Shown here: positions 1 to 10,220 of the stretch, piece by piece | How positions within the stretch are numbered: position 1 is the first letter of the stretch | Layout: every line of letters begins with the position of its first letter | Source: Myxococcota bacterium | GTDB lineage: Bacteria > Myxococcota_A > Polyangia > Nannocystales > Nannocystaceae | Assembly: GCA_039028615.1 (NCBI GenBank) | Contig: JBCCHT010000006.1 | Coordinates: 96,001-160,000 of the forward strand | Direction of reading: 5' to 3' | Length of the DNA stretch: 64,000 bases | Made by a program: the position numbers and the translations under genes | The notes under the pieces: model-generated | The model's database searches: none | Seen by the model: the letters and a program-made list of their open reading frames with translations, nothing else | Told to the model about the DNA's origin: nothing

Positions 1-912
1 ATGGTCCCGGAGGCGGCCGATGAAAACTGCGACGGGATAATCGACAACGTCCTGCCGCCCTGTGATGCGGGCCTGGCCATCGGCGACACCGACCCCATGT
101 CGGGTGCCGCCGCGATCGGCCTGTGCAAGACCTCGTCGGGGCCGGGCGACTGGGGCATCGTGAACGCCGAGTATGTCCGCGCCGACGGCAGTGCTCTCAA
201 CGCGCCGCTTCAGCACGGCCTGATGCCGAGCTTCGGCACCAACATCAACTCGCTCGAGGGCGACAGCCTGCTGGTGCTGTCGTCGGGTCGCGCCCGCACC
301 ACGGGCCAGGCCGACGCGTGCAACAACTACACGTGCATCGAGTCGGGAGCGAGCACCGCTCCGGCCGGGTTCCCGCAGGACGTGGTCGGCTGCAGCGGTG
401 GCACGGCCATCTTCGACGACATGGCCCTCGAGCTCACGCTGCGGGCCCCCACCAACGCCACCGGCTACGCCTTCAGCTTCGACTTTTACTCCTTCGAGTA
501 TCCAGAGTACGTGTGCACGGCATGGAACGACCAGTTCATCGCGCTGGTCGACCCCCCGCCGCCGGGCTCCATCGACGGCAACATCTCGTTCGACGCCATG
601 ACCAACCCGGTGAGCGTCAACGTGGCGTTCTTCGAGGTCTGCTCGGGCTGCCCGCTGGGTACCGGCGAACTGCTGGGCACCGGCTTCGACATCTGGGACA
701 CGGCCGACTTCTCCAACCCACCCATCGGTAGCGCCGGAGCCACGAGCTGGCTGGCGACCACCGCTCCCGTCGATCCGGGCTCGGAGGTCACCATCCGCTT
801 CACCATCTGGGATACCGGAGACCAGCAGTGGGACTCCACGGTGCTCATCGACAACTTCCGCTGGATCGCCGACGGCGGCACGGTGGCGGTGGGCACTCAG
901 CCCGAGGGCTGA
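1..912 (+). CDS. Cys-rich secreted protein, choice-of-anchor L-like domain (probably 5'-truncated)
   Basis: Starts at the window edge. Contains an ENCDGIIDN myxobacterial repeat, FDFYSFEYPEYVCTAWNDQF and FTIWDTGDQQWDSTVLIDNFRW motifs. Confidence 0.65.
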   Translation: MVPEAADENCDGIIDNVLPPCDAGLAIGDTDPMSGAAAIGLCKTSSGPGDWGIVNAEYVRADGSALNAPLQHGLMPSFGTNINSLEGDSLLVLSSGRARTTGQADACNNYTCIESGASTAPAGFPQDVVGCSGGTAIFDDMALELTLRAPTNATGYAFSFDFYSFEYPEYVCTAWNDQFIALVDPPPPGSIDGNISFDAMTNPVSVNVAFFEVCSGCPLGTGELLGTGFDIWDTADFSNPPIGSAGATSWLATTAPVDPGSEVTIRFTIWDTGDQQWDSTVLIDNFRWIADGGTVAVGTQPEG

Positions 913-986
913 ACGCCGCGCCCTTCGCGGGCAACAAGGGGCGGCCGGACTCGAAGCAGTCCGCGCCGCCCTCTTCAATTCGGGCG

Positions 987-1037
987 CCCTTCGAAACGAA
1001 GCGACCCCGTGGTCGCCGGGTGGCGAGCACGGGGTCG
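987..1037. terminator. Intergenic hairpin between convergent genes (hairpin family copy A)
   Basis: CGACCCCGTG(1002-1011)/CACGGGGTCG(1028-1037) stem with an inner TCGCC/GGCGA stem, preceded by CCCTTCGAAACGAA. Confidence 0.6.
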
Positions 1038-1053
1038 GTGATGGCCCGGAGGC

Positions 1054-2733
1054 CTAGCCCTCTTCGCCGGAGGGCGCCGGGTCGGCCTTGGGCTCGTCCG
1101 CCTTCGGCTCGACCAGCTCGGCGTCGGGGTCGAGCTCTCCCTCGTCGCCGTGCAGCGGGCGAACCTCGGTGGGCTCGTTCGCGATGATGTCGAAGACGAT
1201 GCGGCGGTTCTGCGCCCGACCGTCTTCGGTATCGTTGGTCGCGACCGGAGCGGTGTCGCCCTTGCCGTCGGTCTCGATACGGCTGGCGTCGACCTCCTTG
1301 TCGACCAGGTACTGCTTGACCGCCTCGGCACGACGCTTCGACAGCTGCAGGTTGGTCTCGGCGTCGCCGACGTTGTCGGTGTGGCCGACGATGAGCACCC
1401 GGACACCCGGGAACTTCTTGAGCTTGGCCGCGACGTCGTCGAGCACCGGCTCGGAGTCGGGCCGGATGGTGGCCTTGCCGAACTCGAACTCGATGCCCTT
1501 GAGCTCGCCCTTGAAGATGAGCAGCTCCGGCGGCAGCTCGTCGGGACAGCCGTCGTCGTCGTCGACGCCGTTGTAGTTCTCCTTCTGGAAGACGCAGTCG
1601 TCTTCGACGTCGAGGATCATGTCGCCGTCGGTGTCCTTGAGCGGGCACCCGTCGGGCTCGACACCCGGGACCTCGATGCAGGCATCGACCTTGTCGATGA
1701 AGCCATCGCCGTCGGTATCGGGGCAGCCGCTGGGTCCAGGCCCGGGCTGGTCGGGGCACTGGTCGTCGGCGTTGAGGATGCCGTCCTTGTCGCGATCGGG
1801 ATCGACCGGCTCGACCTTCGGCGGCGGCACGGGGCGCTTGCGCCCGAGCACGAGGCTCAGCCCGCCCAGCGCCTGGAAGTGCGAGGTGCCACTGTCCTGC
1901 AGCGTCGCGCTGGCGCTGACGATCTGCCGCACCTCGACCCGCGCCGCGAGCCGCTTGGTGATGTACATCTTCACGCCGCCGCCGTAGTGGAACGCGGGAT
2001 CGATGTCATTGCCCAAGATGAGGATGTTACTGCGGACCCCCAACAGCCCGTAACCACCGAGCAGGAAGGGCGTGATGCGATAGCGCGGCACCTGCAAGAT
2101 CACGTGCCCGCGGAAGCCGTAGACGAACGCGAAGTCGTTGGTCTGCGTACGCACCCGCGTGGGGTTGGCGGAGAACTCCGCCTCGACGCCCAACGCCTTG
2201 AGCGGGAAGAAGGCCGCTCGTGCACCGACGTCGGCGCCCAGGGTCCACAGCGGATCTTGAGGGCGCGTGATCGGATCGTAGAGGTCGTGCTCGTCCGACG
2301 GCCGGAACAAGCCGCCGTACAGGCCCAGTTCGAACAGGTTGCGCGCGGGCTCCCAGCGGCGGATCCACGGGCGCTCCTTGGCCTTCATCTTCTCGTAGAC
2401 CTTCGGATCGTTCGGATCCGGCTCGGCCTGCTTTTCTTCCTTGCGGGTCCGCAGGCGAGTCTTGGGCTTGCCCTTGCCCACCTTCACGCTGCCGCTGGCC
2501 CCGGCCTCCGCCTTGGGGGGCTCGGGTGCCGAGGGAGCGGAGGGCTGCGGCTCGGCCTCGGCCGGCGCCGCATCAGCCTCGGGCGTGGCCTCGGGTACGG
2601 CATCCGCCGGTTGTGTCGCTTCGGCTTGCGCCGGCTCGATCGCGAGGTGCGACGAATGCTCGACCGCTCCGGCCGACGTCGCCACGAGACACGGGAGCAG
2701 ACCGGCAGCGAGTGCAGCGACGGTGCGCTTCAT
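1054..2733 (-). CDS. OmpA family protein: beta-barrel, thrombospondin type-3 repeats and OmpA_C domain
   Basis: Signal peptide MKRTVAALAAGLL (ATG at 2733), barrel-like strands, DxDxDG..D.CP repeats, and GHTDNVG...NLQLSKRRAEAV...NRRI. Confidence 0.88.
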   Translation of the reverse strand: MKRTVAALAAGLLPCLVATSAGAVEHSSHLAIEPAQAEATQPADAVPEATPEADAAPAEAEPQPSAPSAPEPPKAEAGASGSVKVGKGKPKTRLRTRKEEKQAEPDPNDPKVYEKMKAKERPWIRRWEPARNLFELGLYGGLFRPSDEHDLYDPITRPQDPLWTLGADVGARAAFFPLKALGVEAEFSANPTRVRTQTNDFAFVYGFRGHVILQVPRYRITPFLLGGYGLLGVRSNILILGNDIDPAFHYGGGVKMYITKRLAARVEVRQIVSASATLQDSGTSHFQALGGLSLVLGRKRPVPPPKVEPVDPDRDKDGILNADDQCPDQPGPGPSGCPDTDGDGFIDKVDACIEVPGVEPDGCPLKDTDGDMILDVEDDCVFQKENYNGVDDDDGCPDELPPELLIFKGELKGIEFEFGKATIRPDSEPVLDDVAAKLKKFPGVRVLIVGHTDNVGDAETNLQLSKRRAEAVKQYLVDKEVDASRIETDGKGDTAPVATNDTEDGRAQNRRIVFDIIANEPTEVRPLHGDEGELDPDAELVEPKADEPKADPAPSGEEG

Positions 2734-2877
2734 GGACAATGATTTATCGCAGGTTCGCACCCAAGGGATAGAGGGGTCCCGCCTCGGGTCGAAATTCCCC
2801 ACTGTCACGGCGTGGAGAGCCGCCGCAGCGCCTGCTAGAATGCGCGCCTGCGGCCGGTACGCTCCGGCAGCCCTTCG

Positions 2878-3786
2878 ATGAACCTTGGACCTACGATGAG
2901 GTATGGAGTGAAGACTAGCAACCTAGTGGCAATGGCCTTGGCCCTGTGCATCCCCGCCGTAGGGTGTGGTGACGACAGCGGTACGGGGAGCGGAGGAGCA
3001 GACGGTACCGGAGGCTCCACCACGGGCGATGTGGCGACCCCGGCCACCACCACGGGCGCCGACTCGACCGGCGCCGAATCGACCGGCGTGGCGTCCAACG
3101 AGGGCGATGGCTCCACTTCCACCGCCGATTCCACTGGCGAACCGCCTCCGGTCGAGGTCACCGTCGAGGGCGAAGTCGTCGACTTCGTGGCCATGGCCAC
3201 CCCCATCGCCGGGGCCGAGATCTCGGTATTCGGCAACCCGGGGCCCACGGCCACCTCGGACGCGGAAGGCTTGTTCAGCATCGGCACATTCGAGCCCGAC
3301 ACCACCGCGCACTTCGTCCTGGCCCCCAACGAGACCTACCTCGGCGCGATCGTTCCGGCCGCGATCGAGTCCGACGAGCTCCAGGAAGACCAGCAGCTGT
3401 CGCAGATTCCGCGAGCCTTCGTCGACATCCAGCTGATGCTGCTCGAGGGCATGATGCCGGAGCCGCCCGACCTGACGCAGTCGATCATCATCGTTCGGCT
3501 CATCAACAACGCCGCGGTCATGGAGGGTGCAACCACCATCGACATGACCCCCGCCCCCGCCCCGGGCACCTTCTACGCCCCCGACGAGACGGGGGCTGCC
3601 ATCCTGAACGAAAACGACATCACGTTCGGGGCCCTGCCCGTGGTGGTGTACTTCAACGTGGATGCGTCGGACCCCGGCGACATCTCGTTCGAGGCCACGC
3701 ACCCCACGCGCGATTGCGAAGTGCTCTTCCCCGACTTCCCCACGCTGGGCGAGCACATCACGTTGGTCGACATTACCTGCCTCTAA
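2878..3786 (+). CDS. Lipoprotein with S/T/G linker and carboxypeptidase-regulatory-like domain
   Basis: AVGC lipobox, low-complexity linker, VEGEVVDF..PIAGAEI..TATSDAEGLF. Exact start uncertain. Confidence 0.7.
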   Translation: MNLGPTMRYGVKTSNLVAMALALCIPAVGCGDDSGTGSGGADGTGGSTTGDVATPATTTGADSTGAESTGVASNEGDGSTSTADSTGEPPPVEVTVEGEVVDFVAMATPIAGAEISVFGNPGPTATSDAEGLFSIGTFEPDTTAHFVLAPNETYLGAIVPAAIESDELQEDQQLSQIPRAFVDIQLMLLEGMMPEPPDLTQSIIIVRLINNAAVMEGATTIDMTPAPAPGTFYAPDETGAAILNENDITFGALPVVVYFNVDASDPGDISFEATHPTRDCEVLFPDFPTLGEHITLVDITCL

Positions 3787-3849
3787 AGCCGCCCCCTGCG
3801 CGCCGCTTCGCCGCGCAGGAAGGCCCAAGAGCCAAACGACACGCGAACG

Positions 3850-3878
3850 AGAGAGCCGGCCTGGAGCCGGCTCTTTTT
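3850..3878. terminator. Rho-independent terminator between convergent genes
   Basis: AGAGCCGGC-CTGGA-GCCGGCTCT followed by a T run. Confidence 0.7.
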
Positions 3879-3901
3879 CGTGGATTCCGCGTCCCGAACG
3901 C

Positions 3902-4552
3902 CTAGACGCAGGCGTTGGCCAGGTCGATGCAGCCCGGAGGAGCCGGGTCGAGCATGTTGGCGAGGATGCAGTCGATGCACTCCGTGCCGTCGCCCTCGTC
4001 TCCGCCGCCGCCGGTCGTGCCCGAGCTCGAGCCACCGCTGGAGCTGGAGCCGCCGTCGGAGCTACTGCTCTCGGAGGGGACCAACTTGTCACAGACGCCC
4101 AGATCGATGCACCGGTTGGTGACGCACTCGGTGAGCCGGAACAGGTGCAGCGCCTCGCCGACGGTGAGCCGCTCCTCGCAGGTCAAAAAGCAGGTCAGGT
4201 CCGGCTCGGGGAGCATCGAGATCTGAAGCTCGGTGGCGCAGCCGACGACGCAATCGATGGCGTCGCGGCACGTGACCTCCGGCTCACCAGAGCTGGTGCT
4301 CTCCACGCCCGTCGTGGTGCTCGTGGTCCCGGGGGGAATCACCGCCCCCGAAGTGCTGGTGGAGAACACCAGAGGAACCGGCTTTTCGTCGGAATCGAAG
4401 CACGCGACGAACAGAGCGAACGCGGCGAGCATCGCGGGAGCGATGGAAGCGATTCGAGGCGACTTGGCCGAGCCGGCGGACGAGCCCGAAAACATCGGCG
4501 TCACGGTAGCAGCAAAACCGATGGAGACGAAGCCCCGCGCCGCGGCTTTCAA
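3902..4552 (-). CDS. Cys-rich lipoprotein, hypothetical
   Basis: FVAC lipobox, Ser/Gly linkers and paired CxxC/CxxxC motifs. The true start is probably downstream of 4552. Confidence 0.65.
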   Translation of the reverse strand: MKAAARGFVSIGFAATVTPMFSGSSAGSAKSPRIASIAPAMLAAFALFVACFDSDEKPVPLVFSTSTSGAVIPPGTTSTTTGVESTSSGEPEVTCRDAIDCVVGCATELQISMLPEPDLTCFLTCEERLTVGEALHLFRLTECVTNRCIDLGVCDKLVPSESSSSDGGSSSSGGSSSGTTGGGGDEGDGTECIDCILANMLDPAPPGCIDLANACV

Positions 4553-4734
4553 CGGCTCCTGGAGTCATCCCAGCGCCCCATCGAGCCCCATCGGAGGCTG
4601 ACTAGCGCAATTCGCGACACCGTTGCATAACGGTCTCGCCCCTGGGTTGTCACCGCCTCGGGGCCCGGACACAATGAGCACGGGAGCCCAGCCAGGCTTG
4701 CCGGTACTGGCCGTACGCCCCCGCAGGGATCGAC

Positions 4735-6087
4735 ATGATGCATTGCACGACTACGTTCAAGGGCGCCGCGGCTCTAGTTGGAATGGCGGCCTCGCTCGCG
4801 TTGATGACCACCGGATGCCGCGGTGACGACATCTCCAACGACTGCGAGCTGCAGGGGCAAGCGTACATCCAAACCGCCCAGAACGAAGCCACGCCACTGC
4901 TGGCCCCGGTCCCCAACCGTAGCCCCTTCCCGGTCACGCTCGAGCTCACCGAAGACGGCATCAACCGTCTCCTCGGGGGCGCGGTGGCGGATCAGGACGT
5001 GCCCTTCACCGGCAACCTCCCGCTCGGCCCGGCCAACGCCGACTTCCGTCCCGAGAGCGATCCAGTCATCGAGTTCGTCGATCTGCCCGGCTGCAACAGC
5101 TGCATCCTGTTCTCGCTCCAGTTCGGCATCAACCTCGCGACCGGCAACAGCCCCATCTCCAGCGGTGTGGGCAACGTGAGCCTGTCGATCCCGATGCGCC
5201 TCGACTCCGACGAGGAGGCCGGGGTCAGCACGCTCGTCGCCGACTACTCGCGCGCCGAGGTCCGAGACCTGCAGCTGGTCGTCTACGGCATCAACTCCGA
5301 AGAGCACGCGACCCTCACGGGCGCCCTCAAGATCCTCCTCACCGAGCGGGTGCAAGAGTCCTTCGACGAGGTCGAGCTGCTCCAGATCGGCTCCTGGCAG
5401 ATCGGGCAGGGCGACGTCCGGCTCATCGCGCGTCGGCTCATCGTGCGCCCCGAGGACGACAAGCTCATCCTCGGCATGCAGACCAACCTGCCGCTGGCCG
5501 CCGACGTCGGCATCGACCTCGAGGGCGAGCTCCCGCCGGGCTCCCCGATGGCGGTCAAGATGGACACCCGGCTGTTCCTGACCATGAGCCACCGGATGTT
5601 CGAGGAAGGCGAGATCGCGCGCCGCTACGACGAGGACGGCAACCCCGACGACGACGGCCTGTTCGCGGTGACCCTCAGCGACATGGTGGGCAACGAGATG
5701 AACAGCCCCCAGCTCGACTCCACCTTCCGCGTGTGGCGGACCGCCGAGGGCTACTGCGGCTTCGCCGAGGCGGTGATGCCTCTCAACGTCGAGGTCAACA
5801 GCACCAACACGGGCATCAACATCACCCCGGGTACGGCCACCGTCATCGACGGCGAAGGCTACGGCCAGGGTGCGCTTCAAGACCCCGAGCTGGTCGACAA
5901 CAACCAGCACCTGGTGGACAACTTCCGATCCGACCTGGCCGACGCCATCGGCACCACGGTCAACTACGATGCGCTGGACCTCGACGGCAGCACCATCGTC
6001 TTTGCGGTTCAGGACGTCGCCGTCGACCCCCTGAGCGTCAATAGTTACTTGGACTTCATCGTCGTACAGGATGCAACTGATGAGTAG
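4735..6087 (+). CDS. Hypothetical lipoprotein
   Basis: TTGC lipobox, strong GC3 codon bias, overlaps the next gene. Confidence 0.75.
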   Translation: MMHCTTTFKGAAALVGMAASLALMTTGCRGDDISNDCELQGQAYIQTAQNEATPLLAPVPNRSPFPVTLELTEDGINRLLGGAVADQDVPFTGNLPLGPANADFRPESDPVIEFVDLPGCNSCILFSLQFGINLATGNSPISSGVGNVSLSIPMRLDSDEEAGVSTLVADYSRAEVRDLQLVVYGINSEEHATLTGALKILLTERVQESFDEVELLQIGSWQIGQGDVRLIARRLIVRPEDDKLILGMQTNLPLAADVGIDLEGELPPGSPMAVKMDTRLFLTMSHRMFEEGEIARRYDEDGNPDDDGLFAVTLSDMVGNEMNSPQLDSTFRVWRTAEGYCGFAEAVMPLNVEVNSTNTGINITPGTATVIDGEGYGQGALQDPELVDNNQHLVDNFRSDLADAIGTTVNYDALDLDGSTIVFAVQDVAVDPLSVNSYLDFIVVQDATDE

Positions 6088-7891
6088 CGTTTGCCTGCGC
6101 CCCCTGCCGATGCTCGCCGCCGCGGCGGGCCTGCTCTGCGCCACGGGGTGCCCGCCCACCGACCCCGGTAGCAGCTCCAACGGCGGCACCGCCAGCCCCG
6201 TCACCGACAGCGGACAAAACTCCGCCGACGAGACCGGGCTCCAGCTCGAGTGCACCCCCGGCGAGGTTCGGTGTCAGGGCCAGCAGTTCCTCGAGACCTG
6301 CGCACCCACTGGGCTCGAGTGGCTCTCCGAGGCCTGCGGCGAGCTCGAGGTCTGCGAGCCCTGCGAGGCCACCGATACCTGCACCCAGGACCGCTGCGTG
6401 GGGCCCTGCGAGGTCGAGGCCGAGCTGCCGTCTTCGGCGGGCTGCTCGTTCATCGCCAACCGCCAGCTGCACCTCAACGAGGCCGCCCCCGACGGGCTGG
6501 TCGTCGCCAACCCCAACGAAGGCCTCGAGGCCATCGTTCAGCTTTACCGCACGCCCGAGGGCACGCGCTTCGAGGAGCCGGTCGGCGTGCCCATCACGCT
6601 GCAGCCAGGCGAAGACCACGTCTTCGAGCTCACCTCCGACTTCGTGCTCGGCAACTCGTCGATGTTCCGCACGGGCGGCACCTTCCGGGCCGAGAGCAAC
6701 GTGCCCATCAACGCGTACCTGCACTCGCCGCTGGCCAACGCCCGCGGCAACGACTCGTCGCTGCTGCTGCCCGAGACCACGCTCCGCCGCGACTACGTGG
6801 TCACGTCGTTCTCGCCCCACGAGGAGCAGGCCGAAGGCCAGGGCGAGCCCAGCTACTTCGAGATCGTGGCGACCGAGGACTTCACCGAGGTCACCTGGAC
6901 GCCGCCCGTCGACACCGCGGGCACGGGCATCAACATCAACTTCGTGTCGGCGGGTGACACCAGCCCGGTGCTCAACATGAACCGCTTCGACACGGTGCGG
7001 ATCGCGGCCTCGGCCAACGTCCAGGAGAACGCCGACCTGCGCGACGTCTCGGGCACCGTCATCCACTCCAACAAGCCGATCTGGGTGGTGGGCGCCAGCC
7101 GCTGCTCGCGGGTGCCCGTGCGCGAAGAGCCCGCGCGCGGCCGCTGCGACCCCCTGCAAGAGGTCCTCATCCCGCTCGACTACTGGGGTGAGCGCTACGT
7201 GGCCGCCCACTCCCCCGACCGCGACCAAGAGCGGCACTGGTGGCGGATCTACTCCGGCAACCCCGACGTTCGAATCACGGCCGAGGGCAACCTGGGCTGC
7301 GACGGCCCCGTCCTCACCGAGGAAAACTGCACCGCCCCCAACACCTTCGACGGTGAGGGGTGCACGTTCGCAGCGCGCGGCTCCTGGATTCAGGTCGACG
7401 TCAACAACGAGTGCAGCTTCTTCCTCGACAGCAACATGACCGGCGCCTTCATGCCGGTCCAGTACCTGCAAAGCGGTAGCGTCTCCGACGAGGCCCCGGT
7501 CGAGGCGGCCTTGGTCGGCGACCCGGCCATGTACCAGATGGTCCCCGTCGAGCAGTTCCTGAGCCGCTACGTGTTCTCCACCGGCGTGGGCTTCGACGAG
7601 CACTACGTGCAGGTCATCCGCCAGGGCGGCGGTCCGTCGGTCTTCCTCGACAACCAGAGCGTCTCCGGCTTCTACCCGGTCACCGAGACCTACGAGGTCG
7701 CCGACGTGCCCATCGAGGCCGGCGCCCACATCATCGAGAGCGGGGCCACCTTCGGCATCGTGCAGTTCGGCCTGTCCGGCGCCGATCCCAGCCGCGAGTG
7801 CGAGAACGAGCTCAAGAACGGCAACATGGTCTGCCTGACCTCGTACGCCTATCCCGGCGGCATGAAGTCCGAGCGAATCAACATCCCCTGA
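6071..7891 (+). CDS. IgGFc-binding-domain lipoprotein
   Basis: ATGC lipobox, Cys-rich N-terminus, NDSSLLLP, IHSNKPIWV, GDPAMYQMVPVEQF and SYAYPGG motifs. Confidence 0.8.
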   Translation: MQLMSSVCLRPLPMLAAAAGLLCATGCPPTDPGSSSNGGTASPVTDSGQNSADETGLQLECTPGEVRCQGQQFLETCAPTGLEWLSEACGELEVCEPCEATDTCTQDRCVGPCEVEAELPSSAGCSFIANRQLHLNEAAPDGLVVANPNEGLEAIVQLYRTPEGTRFEEPVGVPITLQPGEDHVFELTSDFVLGNSSMFRTGGTFRAESNVPINAYLHSPLANARGNDSSLLLPETTLRRDYVVTSFSPHEEQAEGQGEPSYFEIVATEDFTEVTWTPPVDTAGTGININFVSAGDTSPVLNMNRFDTVRIAASANVQENADLRDVSGTVIHSNKPIWVVGASRCSRVPVREEPARGRCDPLQEVLIPLDYWGERYVAAHSPDRDQERHWWRIYSGNPDVRITAEGNLGCDGPVLTEENCTAPNTFDGEGCTFAARGSWIQVDVNNECSFFLDSNMTGAFMPVQYLQSGSVSDEAPVEAALVGDPAMYQMVPVEQFLSRYVFSTGVGFDEHYVQVIRQGGGPSVFLDNQSVSGFYPVTETYEVADVPIEAGAHIIESGATFGIVQFGLSGADPSRECENELKNGNMVCLTSYAYPGGMKSERINIP

Positions 7892-7907
7892 GCCTCGTCC
7901 GCGACGC

Positions 7908-7960
7908 AAAAGACCCCCGTGGCCCTCACCGGGCTCACGGGGGTTTTTCGTTTCGAAGGG
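7908..7960. terminator. Bidirectional terminator (hairpin family copy B)
   Basis: AAAAGACCCCCGTG...CACGGGGGTTTTT between convergent genes, followed by CGTTTCGAAGGG. Confidence 0.75.
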
Positions 7961-7971
7961 AGGATGAGACG

Positions 7972-9318
7972 TCAGCGACGGGCGCTCAGCTCGATCGGCT
8001 CGTAGCTCTGCTCGCCCGCCCGCGACAGCCGCTCCACGGCGGCGCATCCTCGCGACTCTCCGCCCTCGCAGGCCCGCCGATAGAGCTTGGCCGCCCGCGT
8101 GGAGTCTTCGGCGACGCCATCGCCCAGCTCGTGCAGGCGACCGAGCTGAACGCAGGCCTCGAACACCTCGTGCTCGCAGCCGCGAGCGAAGCTCTCCGCG
8201 GCCCGGGTCGCCCTCCGCTCGCCCTCGAGTCCCTCGAGCTCGCGGGCACCCTTCCACAGGCAGGCCCGGGGAAAATCGCCCGAGCACGCCCGATCGAGCA
8301 GCTCACCCGCCGATGGCCAGCCCTCGGCTCGAATCGCGCCCGTGGCCAGCAGCTGCCCCAGGCGAGCGCAGCCCTGCATCTGGCCTCCGTCGCAGGCTCG
8401 ATCGTAGAACTTCGCCGCTTTGCGGGGCTCCCGGTCGGTCCCGCGTCCGTGCTCGTACAGCGCTCCCAGGTTCGCACACGCGTGGGCGCTGTCCGCTTCG
8501 CAAGCGTCCGCGTAGAGCCGACGTGCCTCGAGCACGTCCGGCTCCACGCCCAAGCCATGCTCGAACATCACGCCCCAGTTGCCGCACGCGTCCGCACTGC
8601 CGCCGCCGCACGCCTCGACATAGATGGCATGCGCCCGCGCGTAGTCCCCCTGGCGCTTGGCGAGCAGGGCCTGCTCTCCGCAGCGATCCCAGTCCTCTGC
8701 CGTGCAGGGATGGCGCTCGAGGATCGTCGCTCGCAGCTCACCCAGCTCGAGCTCGACCTCCCGCTGCTGTGCCCGCGCCCCGTCGAGCTCTTCTTGTAGC
8801 AGCAGCGCCGTCTCTTCGTGGCGTCGCTGCTCGGCCTCGGCTCGCCGCAGGGCTCGCTGGGCATCGTGCGCCTGGTCGAGCGCCTGGCGAGCCCGGTCGT
8901 CCGCCTGATCGGCCGCCGTCCAGGCGCGCTCGAGCTCGAGACCCCGCTGCTGTTGTTCTTGGCGCCGACACTCCTCGAGCGCATCCGACATCAGATCGTC
9001 GGGGACCTCGTCGTACTCCGCTTCTTCGTGGTCCGTGCGCTCGCGATGCAGCGACCCGCCCTGCCCTTTGACCTGCGCCTTCACATCGGTCTCGACCCCG
9101 TGGGTCTGCTCGACCCGCGTCTTTCGAAACGACTCGAGGCAACGCTCGAACACCAGGCTCGAGGTCGGCATGCACTGCCCCTCGTGGCGTTGTTGTCCTC
9201 TAGGGCATGGGTCCAAAGTCGGGGTCGTGGCACATGCCATGAGCCCCGTCGCCATCAACGTCACGCATGCGACACGCCACCCGCGTCGCGGCCCCACGGG
9301 CCCGTCCTTGCTTTCCAT
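7972..9318 (-). CDS. Sel1-like (HcpB-type Cys) repeat lipoprotein with coiled coil
   Basis: LMAC lipobox and repeated AC..G...AC.NLG..YE.G.G motifs. Confidence 0.85.
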   Translation of the reverse strand: MESKDGPVGPRRGWRVACVTLMATGLMACATTPTLDPCPRGQQRHEGQCMPTSSLVFERCLESFRKTRVEQTHGVETDVKAQVKGQGGSLHRERTDHEEAEYDEVPDDLMSDALEECRRQEQQQRGLELERAWTAADQADDRARQALDQAHDAQRALRRAEAEQRRHEETALLLQEELDGARAQQREVELELGELRATILERHPCTAEDWDRCGEQALLAKRQGDYARAHAIYVEACGGGSADACGNWGVMFEHGLGVEPDVLEARRLYADACEADSAHACANLGALYEHGRGTDREPRKAAKFYDRACDGGQMQGCARLGQLLATGAIRAEGWPSAGELLDRACSGDFPRACLWKGARELEGLEGERRATRAAESFARGCEHEVFEACVQLGRLHELGDGVAEDSTRAAKLYRRACEGGESRGCAAVERLSRAGEQSYEPIELSARR

Positions 9319-9844
9319 CTCGCACCACCCAACACGTTCAAGCCAACATCACTGACCAGCCTCCCGAAGCACGTAGGTTCGCTTCGAGGAGCCGATGAGT
9401 TTTCTAGAGCCAGCGGTGCCGCAACGCACCACCGTGGTGGTAGTCGCACGAGGGGGTCGGCAGGATCCCTCCAACTCGGTAATTTTTGCCGCACAGGCGC
9501 GGTTGGCGGACAAGGCGCAGTCCCGTCGCGGGACCGATCTCGACCTAGAGAGCGAGCCAGCACACAAAAAAATCCGCTACTGGTCGCCGCGAGACCCGCG
9601 CAGGTGCAAATCCCACCGAAGCGGCCCGTAGCGGCATTTTCCGAAAACGCGCCAGAGTCGCACGTGAGACAAGTACCTTTGTAGGCCCATGGAACGGTGA
9701 CCGAAGGGTGATTTCCTACCCTTCGGTGTGCTACCTACCCGGCCCCGAAGAGGGACGGCAATCCGTTCGCGTCGATCGTGGCCTGCACAGTCGACAACGA
9801 GGAATCCGCTGCCTCTCCAAACCCCTAAGTGGAGGAGATCCCAA

Positions 9845-10168
9845 ATGAAGCGCACGGACCAGGAACGGATCGAACGGGAGCTCAAGCGTGTCCAGAAGCG
9901 CGCGCGAATCGGTGAGAAACGCGACTCGGAGCGCGCCCCACAGACGGTCGGAGCCTACATCAAGGAACTCCGGGGCCTCCTGCGACACGACGAACAGGTC
10001 ATCTACAACACGCTCGACGACGAGGATGTCCTCGAGTGCCTCGAGAACATGCAAGAGGACCTGCCCGAGCACAAATGGGACACCGTCATCCGCAAGGCGG
10101 TCAACGCGACCAAGGTGCCCGAGCGCGACCGCGCCGTCACCGAGCTTCGCTCGCTGATCGAGGCCTGA
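9845..10168 (+). CDS. Small charged hypothetical protein (107 aa)
   Basis: Strong SD (GGAGGAG) before the ATG at 9845, GC3 bias, terminator downstream. Confidence 0.8.
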   Translation: MKRTDQERIERELKRVQKRARIGEKRDSERAPQTVGAYIKELRGLLRHDEQVIYNTLDDEDVLECLENMQEDLPEHKWDTVIRKAVNATKVPERDRAVTELRSLIEA

Positions 10169-10220
10169 GTCGAGCCTCCGTCCTCGACGTTGCTGACCGC
10201 GACTCGATAACCCGGAGACG

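Noticed and set aside
1054..2733. TraB of the TraA/TraB kin-recognition system
   Set aside because: The architecture is similar, but there is no co-oriented traA upstream, and TSP3-OmpA paralogs are common.
9597..9634. FMN/cobalamin riboswitch or tRNA resemblance (CAGGTGCAAATCCCACC)
   Set aside because: Only a T-loop-like fragment matches. The remaining conserved riboswitch blocks and a tRNA cloverleaf are absent.
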